Source: Marsupella aquatica (taxonomy: Eukaryota; Plantae; Marchantiophyta). From it: 64,000 nt of DNA. The notes under the pieces were generated by a model. The model was not told the DNA's origin and searched no databases. It saw only the letters and a program-made list of their open reading frames with translations. This document shows, piece by piece, positions 50,640 through 63,481 of the stretch (its first letter is position 1; the number at the start of each line of letters is the position of its first letter). The translations under genes and the position numbers were made by a program. The stretch covers positions 18,735,292 to 18,799,291 of the forward strand of contig OZ316898.1 of the NCBI GenBank assembly GCA_973895155.1. Direction: 5' to 3'.

Positions 50640-52395
50640 GCAAGTGACTCGAGTCCAGCCCGGACAGAAAACATTTTCCTAGATTTTTCTGGCCGTTAGA
50701 TGTTCCTAGATTTAAGGATGACCGTCCCTGCTCCAGTGACTCGCGTCCATGCCAGCCAGCAAATTTTTTCTAACATTTTCCTGGATTTTTCCTGACAGTT
50801 AGATCTCCCTGGAATTAAGGATTACCGTCCCTAAACTCTGTGACTCGCGTCCAGGCCAGCCAGCGAATTCCTTGGAAAAGGGATTTGGATTGTTTCTGAC
50901 CTTTAGATCTCTGGAGATTTAAGGATGACCGTCCTTTCTGCGGCTGTGCCAGCTTGGAGCAGGGTAATCTGTAATGCTGCTTGAGGTATTATGGCCGTCC
51001 GATTCCCTGAAAGGTCTGAAAGGGGAAAGGGGGTAACTCTTGGAAGTAATTCTGTTCAATTTTTGGGGGTGACATAGCTAAAAAGTGACTCGCGTCCAAG
51101 CCAGCCAGCAAATTCCTTCTATAATTTTCGACTTTCCTGACTGTTGGATCTCCCTAGATTTAAAAATAACCATCCCTGTGACTTGAGTCCGGGCCAGCAG
51201 CCAGTAGAGCCTTCTCTAATTTTCCTGGATTTATTTTTGACCATTAGATCTCCTTGGATTTAAGGCTGACCGTCCCTGTCCGTCCAAGCCAGCTTGCTTG
51301 CTGTACTGCTTGGAGCAGGGTCATCGCTAAGGATGCTGGAGGTATTTAAGGCAATTCCTTGAAAGAGGCTAACTGAGTAATTTTGTTCCAATTTCCAGGC
51401 TGACATTGCAAAAAGGTGACTCACGTCCAAGCCAGCCAGCAAATTCCTTCTAAAATTCTCCTAGATTTTTCCTGGCCGTTGGCTCCCCATAGATTTAAGG
51501 ATAACCATCCTTGCTCCAATGACTCAGGTCCAGGCCAGCTTGTTTGCAGCAAAGCTTGGAGCAGGGTGATCTGTAAGGTTGTTCGAGGTATTTATTGCCG
51601 TCGAATTCCATGAAAGGGAGTAACTCAGTAACTGGGTTATTTCTTCGATTTTTGGGAGTGACAAAGCAATAAAGTGACTCGCGTCCAGTCCAGCCAGCAG
51701 AGCCCAAGGCCAGCCAGCAGAGCCGAGGCCAGCTTGCTTGCTGCCCCGCTTTGGAGCAGGGTAATCTGTGAGGTTGTTTGAGGTATTAATGGCCGTCCGA
51801 TTCCTTGAAAGGGGACAACTGAGTACCGATGGGGGTCACATACCGAAAAACAGGTTTCTTTTTCTGTCTTTTACTGCAAACGCCACTTCGTGTGAAGGGA
51901 ATGATTCTAGGAATCGTGGCAATAATTTGTTTTTCTGACCATTAGATCTCCCTGGATATAGGGATACTCGCTAATCCAATGACTCAACCCTTGGCCAGCC
52001 AGGAGGGCCAGACGCCAGCTTGATTCTGCACAGCTTCGAGCAGGGTAATCTGTAAGGTTGTTTGAAGTATTGTGGCCGTCCCATTCCTTGAAAGTGGGTA
52101 ACTGATTAAATTTGCTCGATTTTGAGGGTGACCTACTGAAAATTGGTCTGTAACTTGGGTTTCTTTTCTATTTTCACAAAGTTATCCCTAAACACCATTT
52201 TAAGTTGCCCACAAAAATAACTTAATTTGTAAGCTGCCCCCAACTTAGCAATGATGTTAATGATGTTTAATTTTGCCCATGATATAGGCCTTTTTAATGT
52301 CCCCTTGTGTGTGAAGGAGAAGGTGCTAGGAATGTTTCTCATCCAAATTTCCTACATGAATTTTTTACCATCAGATCTCCCTGGATTTAATGATA
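50640..52395. repeat. Complex degenerate tandem array of two interleaved modules
   Basis: About nine copies of (g)tgactc.cgtcca.gccagccagc...ttagatctccctggatttaagga..accgtccct and five of ggagcagggtaatctgtaa...gaggtatt...gccgtccgattccttgaaa; related solo copy at ~55240-55310. Confidence 0.85.
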
Positions 52396-52879
52396 ATCCA
52401 TCCAATGTAGCCAGGTAGGAAACTGGTTGATGGAAGACAAAAAAAACAGGTGGCAAATTTTTGCCACTAAAAAAATTAGGAACCTGGTCAGTCAATCTTG
52501 AGCCTGATAACTGAAGTTGTTGGGGAAAGACAGCAAAACATGCGCACTGGGAGGAATCCAGATTGGGAGTTGAAGAACAGCTCCATGGGCTCTCTTGCCA
52601 GGAGCAGGGGTGAGGGGCAACAGTGAGGGTATGACTAGGAGGGTGAGGGTTGTGGCTGGTGCAGGCAAGGAGTCGGGACTGCGTTTGGGCTAACCTGAAT
52701 TTGTTTGTTTGTTTAACTAGTACACTCCCTATAATTTGTTATCTCGGTGTATTTTGTGCGCAGGCAGAGTGTTTATGGGTCTCAGAAATGGGTTGTGGCC
52801 TTTGCTGTTCACACTTTTAGAAGATATCAAGGGATATAACAGTTGTGAGGTTTACAACCTTGACACTCTTTCTTCACCA

Positions 52880-53345
52880 ATTATAAACTTTGCAACACTT
52901 TTTTGTTTAATTACTACATTGTCACTTTTTCCATTGCTGGTTAGGCAAAGCAACTCTAGTTAGTTATCAATTATCCAATGGCCGGGGTCCAATGGTCAAC
53001 ATCCTACCAGTTTCCATCATCACACAATTGTCACTTTCCCCCAGGTAACTTAACCTCAACACCCTGGCCTATCCTCGACCAGGGGGGATGTGGGGGTGGG
53101 GCTGGAGGGGATGGAGTGAGTTGGGGCCGGAGCAAAGTAAGAGACCCAGCCCATTGTCGAGGGTTGGAAAGCATGTTGTGGTTAGGTAGAGGACATGAAT
53201 GACCACTTGATTGTGAAACCTGGCCAGATGTTGACCATTGGATTGTTTCAAGCTAATTAGAGTTTCTTTGTTTAACTAAGTTAGAGGAAAAGGATGACAA
53301 AATAGTAATCAAACTAAAAAAGTGGCAAAGTATGTATTTCACCCC
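52880..53345. mobile_element. Old non-autonomous foldback/MITE-like element with ~130-bp degenerate terminal inverted repeats
   Basis: actttgc.acacttttttgttt.attacta...aactcta.ttag...tccaatggtcaacatc on the left is mirrored by gatgttgaccattgga...ctaattagagtt...tagtaatcaaactaaaaaagtggcaaagt on the right; no TSD found. Confidence 0.6.
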
Positions 53346-56300
53346 AATCAGTTAAAATCTCAGCATTGTAACTGGTTCTAAACAATGAATGAATTATATC
53401 ATATTTAGAGAACTTTTCCCTTCCTTTCTTACAGAAAATCCCAGACAAACAAGGAGGTTAGACAAGATGCTCTGATGTACTCAAACAAACACAAATCACA
53501 TGTTAAATTGTACGCCTATAATACTATTACATTGTCTGGATGGGACTTTCTTTCCTTCCTTACAGGAAAAATGTTTTCATCATAAAGCTAGTCCACAACT
53601 ATAATCTACGTCACACAAACGTGGCTTCATCATTGTGTGGGGATGAGAGTCAAAGTCCCAATAATGCAGCACTACTATATGCGGTTGATTTGTGATCTTG
53701 ACTAATAAGCGAGAGGGGGACCTTTTTTGCAACGTGAACATGTGTGTTGGGCAAGCGTTAAGACAATTTCAATCATGTCTACAGTAAGTTAGTAGTAAAA
53801 CTTTGGAAGCACGTGTAACAACAGCACAATCATGCAACAAAGGTCTACTAGACAACTATTGGGCTGTAACAGTTTCGTTGGGATCTTCAACAAGTTTGTA
53901 AACTTAGAGTGATGCTCTCCAAATTTTTTTGAATAACTTTCATCCTCTTAGTGTTTCCTTGGGAATCGGGATTTTGACGGATTTGTCTCTTGAAACAACG
54001 TGGTGCCAAACCAAACTTATCTATTGGGAATTTAGGCAATGATTTCTAAAGCTGTCTAAAGTAGAAAAGAGCATTGGCATGTGCTTGCAGTCCATAGTAG
54101 ATGCTGAAGACTGCTGACCCAGAGCTCGATAAATACTACTGTCGAAAGTATTTTTAAGACCTTTTCATTGCAACCATTTTGGTAAGTCTTAAATAATTGA
54201 ATAATGAAGGGATTTAAGGGTCCATATTTCAGCCCAATGGAATGTTACCCAAGATTTTTGTATCTCAAATGTGTCATTTAAACACAGACTCTAGAAATCG
54301 TAGATGATACTAGACAAAGGTTAAAACTTAAACATCTCCATGCAATTGGAAAAGGGGTTTCAAGGGCTTCAAGTAGATGGTACTCTGAGTGCACACTGGA
54401 AGTTTCTAGTTTGTGCCTAGTAACTTCTTAGAGTTTGAGGAATGTTGCCCAATGTCAAAGGTGTAAACGACCAAAAATTATTAATAAATAAAAATATAGA
54501 CAAAGAACATGAAGCGCCAAACCCAGGAGACAGGATCCCATTGTCAAAGGCAATGGCTGAATACATTGCACCCAAGGCTGCCTTTATGCAGCTGTTTGGG
54601 CTGAATTGTGTAATCTCAGATTTACTAGGTTGCCACTTTTTTAGTTTTCCATGCATGTGGTATTGAAAGGCCTGCCCAATCAGCCCAGCCCCCCCCCCCC
54701 CCCCCACACACACACACCAAAAAAAGGTGGTTTGATTTTTATGTTGCCACCCTTACAGGCATAGCTTAGCGGTGAGAGCGATCATTCAGGTGTAAGAAGT
54801 TATGGTTTTAACCTTTGTATGGCCTCAGATGTGTGTCCCTGTGTTTGCGCTATTGCTCTTCCTTGACTCAAATGCTATTCTCTCATTCCACTTTGTTATC
54901 CTTGTCTTTACAACCCTGCATAAACCTATTTTCCACAGTGGGACCCTGACACTCCCACTCCTAGTGGCACAAGCCCGGTTCCATGGTCCCCATTTATAGA
55001 TTCACATGCTCCCAATAGCAGCCTCAAACCCACTCTCATCCGTCTCATTGTCATTCACTTTACCGGTGTCAACTGGAAGGGGTCTGGCTGGCTGGCTGAC
55101 ATGACTGGCATCTCTATGCGCACTCCTTTCCATCTCTTCTCATCTTTTGTCTTGCCTTCTGGCTGCTGTTGTGTCAGGTGTAGTGGGAGGACTTTTGGGT
55201 CTATCAACCTATTTCTTCCCACACTTAGCCTAATTTTAAAGTGAAGGGGAAGATGCTAGGAATACTCTTTATCTAATTTAATCATTAACAGTCAGATCTC
55301 CTTAGATATAGATTTAACAATAATTTAAGTATAACCGTTAGATTCTGGCTAATGGGCTTATAGCTAGGTGAGAATCTGGCTAGTGAGGTTTATAGGTAGG
55401 TGGGAAATTGGCTATGGAAATTAAAAAACTTAGCACGACACGACAGTGTTTGAGACACAGAAGTGGAATATGGCGAAATTTGGCCACAAATAAAGGGTGG
55501 AGTTGACAGCTTATTTTGACAACTTACTTTCTGGTTTTACAGTTTAGATCGGTTGGGAAGAGCCGCCCCCAATCCCCAAAGTGTACTTTCCCCAACTTGA
55601 CCACTGGATCAGCTGGGGACGATGATTTCAACCTCTATGCAGCTCATATGTGGACAGATTTTAGTTATAGTCAAATAATGTCAAGACAAAGTCAAGAGTT
55701 ATTAGAGCTACAAGAAGGATTTAGCTGGCATGGTTTGGAGCACATGACACGAGGTGGGCTGGCGCCTAGATAAGGGAGTTGGGTTTGGGCTGTGAAGTCA
55801 TGAGGTCTTCCGGCTCGCCAGAGAAAAAATATTCTCTGATTTAATACTGGTGGACTTGCCTTGACAATTCAACTTAAATCACAGGATGATGAGTGGTATC
55901 CAGTGGTGCGAATCCCCCAATCATGGGGATACCGCTTGATTTAAGTAGGATGGAGTCAAGATTTTAGTCAAAAACGGTGGAAGGATGACCTTGTCCAAGT
56001 CTTGCATTGCTATCAAAGGTTTTGAGAAAGTACTGTATCTTGCGAGACTGGCAACTGGCACTTTGGATCCCATATGTATTTTGCTCTGCGTGCCCCTCAG
56101 GGTTTGGTGTTTTAAATGTTTTGCTTTCGAGTTCCCCAAACTAGTCAAAATATTCGCAATAAATAAACAAAAAGTGGCAGCCCCCAATTGTATTGGATTG
56201 ACAACTCAGCTTTTGGCTCCCACCGAATTTTTCTTGAATATACCAGTTATAACTTGTTAAGTATCGTCACCTTGGTTTAATTTGAGCACTGAAGATAAGC

Positions 56301-58135
56301 GCAATTTCTACCTTTCTATTTTTTCTGTTTTTTAATGAAAGGTGACAGTCTGCCAGGTGCAACATCTACCTTTCCCATTTCGTAACTTGTCTATTTGCCA
56401 TAACTTATCAAACTCTCCCTTCACAATTTTCACTCTGAAGAAGTGTTTTTCTCATGCAATCCTGTCAGTATCACACACGAAATAATGTGGGCCACACTCT
56501 TGGAGACACTAGTACATAATTTTCCTATTTCTATTGGCTGGTGGTTCCTATCCTATGATCTATTGCACTTGAATTTTGTTCCTCTCCTTGTGTACAAATT
56601 GAAGGAATAACCTCCACCGGTTGCACACTGATTGTTTCTAAGGCAAGGTTTCCCTTTTGTTGCAAAAAACTGGAAGGTATAAGTTGGTACTTACAGGAAG
56701 ATTCAATCACCAAGAACAAGACTAATGAAACTGGTGTTGACTCGCATCATGACTCCCAATGTGAGCAAGACACTAAGGGAAACAATTATACATTTGCTTA
56801 AGGAGCTAGTACTGTAATGGATATTTGTTAAGTGGACTAGTTACAGTAGCTGAGTATCTGTTCTGTTTACCTTAACTTCCACGGAAGGCTCCAAAAGATT
56901 CCATCTTAGTCTCTTCAATGGCAACTCTTTTTCTGTGAGCAAAGTACATACTTGGATAATCAACACACTATACTATCCAGGTCCATTCCGACTGATAGTC
57001 TGTTTACAAATTGTCATTTGGGTGGGAAGAAAATCTGGTTGTTGGCTGACGTACTGTTTTTGTAAAGTTTTTTGTCACCCTTCAATCGGCCAAAAACACC
57101 AGCTTCCCCGCCTCCACCCTGCCCTGGCGTCCTTGCCTTGCCATCCTTGCCCAATGTGCCTTGCCTCACCATCCATATCTCAACCTGTATGTGGCCTCTG
57201 TGCCTTGCTCTTGCTATTCGTGCAATGCGCAGGCTTTGGCTCATCACACAAAATAGACTTCCAGATTTTTCAATTTACACTGGCAGGCATAATGCTGCCT
57301 TCATGCGTAAGTGGACTCAAACATAGGGAGATAAGTGTCACCATCCAGCCTTAGACACCAGGTCAAATGTGGAACAAATAAAATAGCTGTTAAACATTCA
57401 TTGGATTGAAAGGTATGTATCCAGGATGCTTTGGGTACGTTTTGCTACTAGGTTGGGATGATACCATGGACTTAACCAGGGTAGACTCCTACTTTCAAGA
57501 ATCACCTTAATAACCCCACCAGTCATGTAGGGTCTTGCTATCTTTGGATTGCCTTTCATGGTTCTCATCAAAAGAGAATACAAATATCAATTATACCCAT
57601 AAGATCGACACGTTCCTGACAAAATTATATTCTCGCAATGTTAGAAGAGAACCTTGGTTTTTCCATCAATTGATACGCACTATCATCGTCGTAGTAAAAG
57701 TACATTTTTCCAAACTGTGTTCCCTATGTTGATGATAAGGAGCAAACATAGTGGATATGGCATTATACTTGTATCCTTTAAAAAAGGTTATCCAGATGTG
57801 GAGGTATCTAACGGTTACTCAAACTCAAAGTCCCAAACAAGGACTCTGGGTGATTGCACCGTTACTCCTTATTTGCATATTTCTCCTGGCCCTTCAGACG
57901 CGCTACCATCCCTGTGCCTCCCCACAGCCATCAGATTTCACTGGCCCATGTGATCAAGGGCTCAAAACAAAGGTTCTTCTGAGACCTACGACTACTAAAA
58001 AATTGCATACAAAATTATGGAATATTCAGCGAGAAAAAAGGGAAAAAAATCTCAATCTTATAGGTAATTCAAAGTCCAGAGATCTTCCTTGTCCATTCAA
58101 ATTCAAATTCTTGTTATCTTGGCCATCTATTTTTT

Positions 58136-58446
58136 GAGAGATTTGCTTGGTGGGACCTCCATGGAAAAGTGCCGACTAGACCAGACCCAGAAAGTCAAAA
58201 ATTGCCCGGTGGGACCCCAAAAGGAGGTCTGAACGGGTTTCGCGTGTAAAACCCGGGCTGCACAGATTTCTGACAGCTTACGTGGACGGACCCGGTAAAA
58301 TTGACGATGGGACACCCCTTCAGCCTTCCAGGTCCGTAGGGAGGGCAGTCTGGCCCAGGACTTCCCATCCAGAAAGTCGGGCCCCATTGGATCCAAAATG
58401 TTAACGTTGCATTGAGAGCTGCAAGACCTTGCTCTACATTGAACCT
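58136..58446 (+). repeat. Left TIR of the MULE
   Basis: Reverse complement of 63148-63481; near-identical over the outer ~170 bp, more diverged inward. Confidence 0.95.
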
Positions 58447-58824
58447 ACGATGCATGCAGACGAAGCTCTGCATTGAACCTGGGAGGGGAGGATCGAGAGC
58501 TGCAAGACGAAGCTGTGTGCTCCAAGGGGACGATCGAGGAGTGGTAAAATCTGCCAGGAGAAGATCACCCAACATTGTCAAGTTTTCAGTAATTTCACCG
58601 AAGATATCAAGACGGGGCTGTGGATGCGGTGATGGCAGCTGAATGCACAGAAGCAAAGTGACAGAACGCCGAAGCATATTGCAGGGAGAGGAGTTGGTGG
58701 TGGAAGCTGCGCTGTGGGGAGAGCGTTGTCACTGCTGTTTGTTGCGCTGCGGGTTTAGGGTACGTGACATTATGCTGCCCCAATCATGCTAGGGAGAAGG
58801 GACTCAAAGGCAAACACCAGGCCC

Positions 58825-58831
58825 TATATAA
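58825..58831 (+). promoter_or_regulatory. Putative TATA box of the MULE transposase
   Basis: cccTATATAAc ~120 bp upstream of the ATG at 58949. Confidence 0.5.
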
Positions 58832-58948
58832 CGCAATGAGTCCATTTTGAGGTGCTTAGCAGCTGCGCGGTGGGGAGAGAAGCATTACCAGAACCATCCT
58901 GTACTGAAATTTTTCATTGCACACTCACATTGTCAACAAAAAAACACG

Positions 58949-61910
58949 ATGGAGGCAGAAGTTCTTGAAGAAAACCTAGCGCCCGATTGGATGAGAGGGG
59001 ATGCTTACCCTATATATATTCCAGATGAGGAGAGACTTCCGTTGCCTCCAAGCAATGAGTTGCAGGGCCGTTTTGCAGCTTGGAATTCTGAGATTGAACA
59101 AGTCCATCCACTATTGAAAGGAAAGTCTGTACATGAGGTGGAAGAGGAGGCTAGTCGTATGAGGCTTGGAGAATCATTCTGTAGTTTTAATGAATTCGAC
59201 CGGTGCTTGGATTCATGGAGTGTGCTGCATGGGAGAGTGAGCCATAGGTTCAAGACAAAATACAAGTTCAGAGTTAGAGTTTGTCGATTTGGAGCTGCCA
59301 TTAGACCTCGTTGGAGAGGAAACAACTCAAATTCTGGTCCGGATTCTTTGTTTGGAACTGCAGGTCTCCATGAAATCCTGCATGAAACTGAATTCAATAA
59401 TTCAATAGGATCCCAGAATTCTGAGATCAAAACTGTAGGTCTCCATGAAGCGGATTTCATTCATTTAGCAGGATCCCAGAATGCAAGTCCAGATTCGCAG
59501 ATTGAAATTGCAGGTCTCCATGAAGTTGATTTCATTAATTTGACAGGATCCCTGGAAGATTGTGGTGACAAAGAAAATGCAGGGGAACTGCCACATAGTC
59601 CATTGCTCATCAATTCCAGAGCACCATTACAAGAAATTCACGCCAATACAATGCACCAGTCCATGGGAACTCATAATAGCCGGAGGGAATTCGTGGCACA
59701 TACTAGGGAGTGGATCCCAGCTAGTTTTCCACAGCGCCTAGCAGGAAGGGACAAGGTTCGAAGGCAATCAAAGACTGGAGCATGTGGACAGCAATGTAGG
59801 TTCTTGCCACCACAGGATAGTGATAACACTGAACTCATGCAGCCCTGCCCATTTCGAGTTAGGTGTCAACGTGAGAAGGATGGAAAGTTTACAATCACAG
59901 TATGTGATTTGCAGCATACTTGTCCAGGATACAAGCATAAGTGGCGAGGCCCTGTCCAAAAATCTGCATGGTTGGGTGAGACGCTGGCACCTCAAGTAGT
60001 GCTAAATGTCCAAGTGCCAGTGAAGGAGATGTTAAATGGACTGAGAATGGACTACAAAAAGAGTTGCAATTACCATCAAATGTGGAGGGCTCGAGACCTT
60101 GTGCGAGACTGGTATCTGGGTGGCCAGCGTCAAAGTTTCCTCCTAATTCCTTCATTGCTGGATAGAATGAAGGATGTTGATCCAAATTGTGTAGTTGATT
60201 GGTCTAGTGTGGAAGGCGGTCGAGTTTTTAATCGAGCATTCATATGCCCTTCTGCGACCCGCACAGCTTTGCAGTACAGTCAACCTGTGGTCTGCATTGA
60301 TGCGTGCCACACCAAGAATCGAAAGTATCCGATTCAACTCTTTGTAGCTACTGCACTTGATGGGAACTCCCAAGTAAACATTCTTTGTTATGCCATTGCC
60401 CCAGTCGAGAATACTGACAACTGGACATGGTTTTTGTCATTGCTAGAGCAGTCAATTCATGGAATAGCAGACCCTACTATTCCAGTCATTTCCGATAGAC
60501 AGAAGGGCCTACAAGTAGCTGTTAAAAATGTGTTCCCAACAAAGGTTCACGGCCATTGTGCCAACCATTTGAGAGCCAACTTGAGGAAACGTCATGGCAA
60601 GGGAGCAGAACGAATCTTTCTGGCTTGTGTGTATGCTAACACCAAGAGATGGTAAGGCTAGTGCATGCTTTGTACAATCCAATTTTATACTTTCAATTTG
60701 AAGAACTTACAGAGATTGGCTAAGCTTATACATTGGCACTGACATGGATTGCAGGTTTGAATTGTTGCTGAACCACTTGTCAACATCGGTTACAGACGGA
60801 GCTAATGCAGTAAAGTACATCAGAGACATGGACGAGAACTTGTATGCCAGGCATGCATTCCCCTTGCCCCGTCTTGGGAAGGTTACCAGCAACCCTGTGG
60901 AGCAAGCCAACTCAGGTTTGCTTCCCATTAGGGAGTTTGCACCTTTTAAAGTGCTAGTAGAGTTGTGGTATTATGTCCAAACTCACTACAACAACAAGGA
61001 AGCAACTGCAATTGCAAGACAAGAGACCTATAGCCAGCAAGCATTGAAGCGACACACAACCAACTTGCAATCCTTTGGACAATGGCAAGTGCTAGATGAT
61101 GGACAGAGTCAAGCAAAAGTTCAGACCACAGACCAACGGGAGGAGTATCTGGTCACATTATCACCAAAGCTCTCTTGCAGTTGTGTGGAGTTACAAGAAA
61201 TGCTCTGGCCATGTGAACATATAATGGCTTGGTATGACAGGGATGGTAAAGACTTCACTAAGCTTTTCCACCACTGCTGGAAGATGTCTTCTTTGCGAAA
61301 GTTGTATGAGCCAAAGGTACCTTGTTTCCTGGTTTGTGATTTGGACCCATCAGAGCACTGTCTTCCTCCTATTCCAGCAGTGAAAAAAGGCAGGCATAGG
61401 GTGGTGCGAATTGAGAGAGGCAACAGACCATCCACAACAGAAGATCTTGCACAGGATGAGTATGTGGATGAAGAGGGGAATTTATTCCGACAATTTCCAA
61501 TTCAAGAAGACAGTCAGAGGATGGCACCCATGCAAACTGCACAAACTACAGCTAGGTCTCACCAAGTTCCCACAGTAAGGCAGACACCAACTGGAACAAC
61601 TAGGATGCCTCAAGTGAATCCTCGTCAGTGCAAATGTTCTATTTGTGGTCAAGTGGGCCACAACAAGAGAACTTGTCATGTGAACAGAGCAACAACAGGA
61701 ACTCCACAAATACAAGTACCAGAAGACAATGGGGAAGCCTTGCATGACCATGCTCGACCGACTTCTCAGACAGTAAACCCATCAGGTCCATTTGCATATT
61801 CAGAAAGCTCAGACAATTCATGTGAGTCTGATAATGTGGATACGTTGAACTCAGATGAAGAACCAAGTCAAGTCAGTGACATGGATCATTTCATTAGCAT
61901 TGCAAAATGA
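58949..61910 (+). CDS. MULE (MURA-like) transposase, two exons 58949-60651 and 60755-61910, ~952 aa
   Basis: The 103-nt GTAAGG..TGCAG intron joins the two ORFs in frame (TKRW|FELL). DDE: CIDACH, ISDRQKGL, TSNPVEQAN; CxxH HCANH; SWIM CSC...PCEH; C-terminal CSICGQVGHNKRTC knuckle. Confidence 0.92.
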
Positions 61911-62102
61911 GATAGCAAGAGAAGCTATAGGAGCATTTGACCCACAAGATCTGTAGGAGAACTCATATTGCTGCCTGAGTTGCTGCAGCAAGTTAATGAT
62001 TGTAACTGCAACCAAATTTTGACATCAAAATGAAATGCTCCAAATTTATTCCAAAATTGGCAAATTCAAATCACATGAGAGTTGCATTTGTGTCCGATGC
62101 CT

Positions 62103-62723
62103 CTACATGTCACCATTTCCACAAAATATCTCACAGCAACACACACATCTATAAACATGATGGCCAACATCATCTAAACCCAAGAATTCTATGTTCTGTC
62201 TGTGAAGTGAGTATGGGATGTATCCAGTGGTAGCCACCTCCCTGTCCATCCAATTCTCTGCTTGTAAGATAGACGTAAAAGACTTGTGTTTGGCCCCACT
62301 ATACCTAGTGACTTGTCTGCCAGCCTCCTCCCAAGTCTTGTATATTCCAGGAGTTCTCCCTATGGCCACTGCATACCATTTTTGCTTTGAGCTCACTCCC
62401 AGGTTACAATTATATGGTCTCTTGATTGAAGAACCTAAAAAAGCGCTAGGTTTACTGCAAGAAGTAGACACTGAATGGGGACTCGGATCTCTGTGGAGAT
62501 TCCCTTTGCCAGCTTCATTGTCCATAGGCAGGGGTCCTTCCACAACAGTCCCTAGCGATTCATGACTTGTAGAATCGAGTACAACAGGGAGTGGACGGAT
62601 ACGCTCCAACATGAGATGAACAAAACCAAAAATCGCACTAAGTACTCCTACAAGTGACCAGAGAAATGCACGAGCTGCAACCCAAAATTGGTTGCCCGAA
62701 TCGTGCTCTGTTGCTTTAGCCAT
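62103..62723 (-). CDS. MULE accessory protein, 206 aa: putative N-terminal TM helix, RNase H1 N-terminal/caulimovirus viroplasmin (Cauli_VI)-like domain, Cys-rich tail
   Basis: aa 115-159 KWYAVAIGRTPGIYKTWEEAGRQVTRYSGAKHKSFTSILQAENWM fits the YAV..GR..GIY.TW.E...QV..Y.GA.HKSF....A signature; hydrophobic aa 13-39. Confidence 0.82.
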   Translation of the reverse strand: MAKATEHDSGNQFWVAARAFLWSLVGVLSAIFGFVHLMLERIRPLPVVLDSTSHESLGTVVEGPLPMDNEAGKGNLHRDPSPHSVSTSCSKPSAFLGSSIKRPYNCNLGVSSKQKWYAVAIGRTPGIYKTWEEAGRQVTRYSGAKHKSFTSILQAENWMDREVATTGYIPYSLHRQNIEFLGLDDVGHHVYRCVCCCEIFCGNGDM

Positions 62724-63147
62724 GAGCGTCCAATGCTCCCAACCAAACCTGCTATGCGTAGCCTTCCGTTTGGTGGAGGAAACCCTTTGAGTAATCAGCT
62801 TGGGACAGCAGAACGTCCGCTATCCTCCCCACAATGCAAAACAGAGCAGCACCGATCCTCTCCCACTGCAATGCACCTCAATCGACCAACTCTTCGCCCC
62901 ACAGCTAGCGCCTACGACCAAATTGTCTCCTAGCACAGCTTCGCAGCGCAGCGCAGCTTGACAGCGCAGCTTCATTGGTCTCCATGCAATCCGCTGCCCT
63001 CCCAACACGCACCTGCTGAATTAATAATAAACTCTACCTAAACCTGTAGCCAACAAAATGGAGTGCTTCGCATTTCAGACGAAGCGATGCTCTCCTCACA
63101 ACAGAGCTTGGTCTCGCAGCACTTTGGCGAACAGCACAACGCAGGGC

Positions 63148-63481
63148 AGGTTCAATGTAGAGCAAGGGCTTGTAGCTCTCAACGCAGCGTCGACATTTTG
63201 GATGCAATGGGGCCTGATTTTCTGGATGGGAAGTCCTGGAGCTCACTGCCCATTAGCATCCCAACGGGCCTTGAAGGCCGAAGGGGGAGTTCTGCTTCCC
63301 CTTTCCCATCGTCAATTTTCCCGGGTCCCATCCACGTAAGCTGTCAGAAATCTGTGCAGCCCGGGTTTTACACGCGAAACCCGTTCCAACTTCCTTTTGG
63401 GGTCCCACCGGGCAATTTTCGACTTTCTGGGTCTGGTCTAGTCGGCAATTTTCCATGGAGGTCCCACCAAGCAAATCTCTC
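63148..63481 (-). repeat. Right TIR of the MULE
   Basis: Ends ...gtcccaccaagcaaatctctc; mirror of 58136-58446. Confidence 0.95.

Larger units (their letters stand above)
58136..63481 (+). mobile_element. Autonomous-type Mutator-like DNA transposon (MULE), 5346 bp, 10-bp TSD TCTATTTTTT (58126-58135 / 63482-63491)
   Basis: Long TIRs starting GAGAGATTTGCTTGG; identical 10-bp flanks; internal MULE transposase. Confidence 0.97.

Noticed and set aside
50640-52395. CRISPR-like interpretation of the repeat arrays
   Set aside because: Eukaryotic context, degenerate repeats, mutually homologous spacers and no cas genes.
54417-54713. KAALGAMYSAIAFDNG resembling an RNase III helix
   Set aside because: Catalytic acidic residues and the rest of the signature are absent; the ORF starts in a simple repeat.
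58127-58677. ORFs overlapping the MULE TIRs (also 63058-63521)
   Set aside because: Mirror-image peptides arise from the inverted repeats themselves; no coding evidence.
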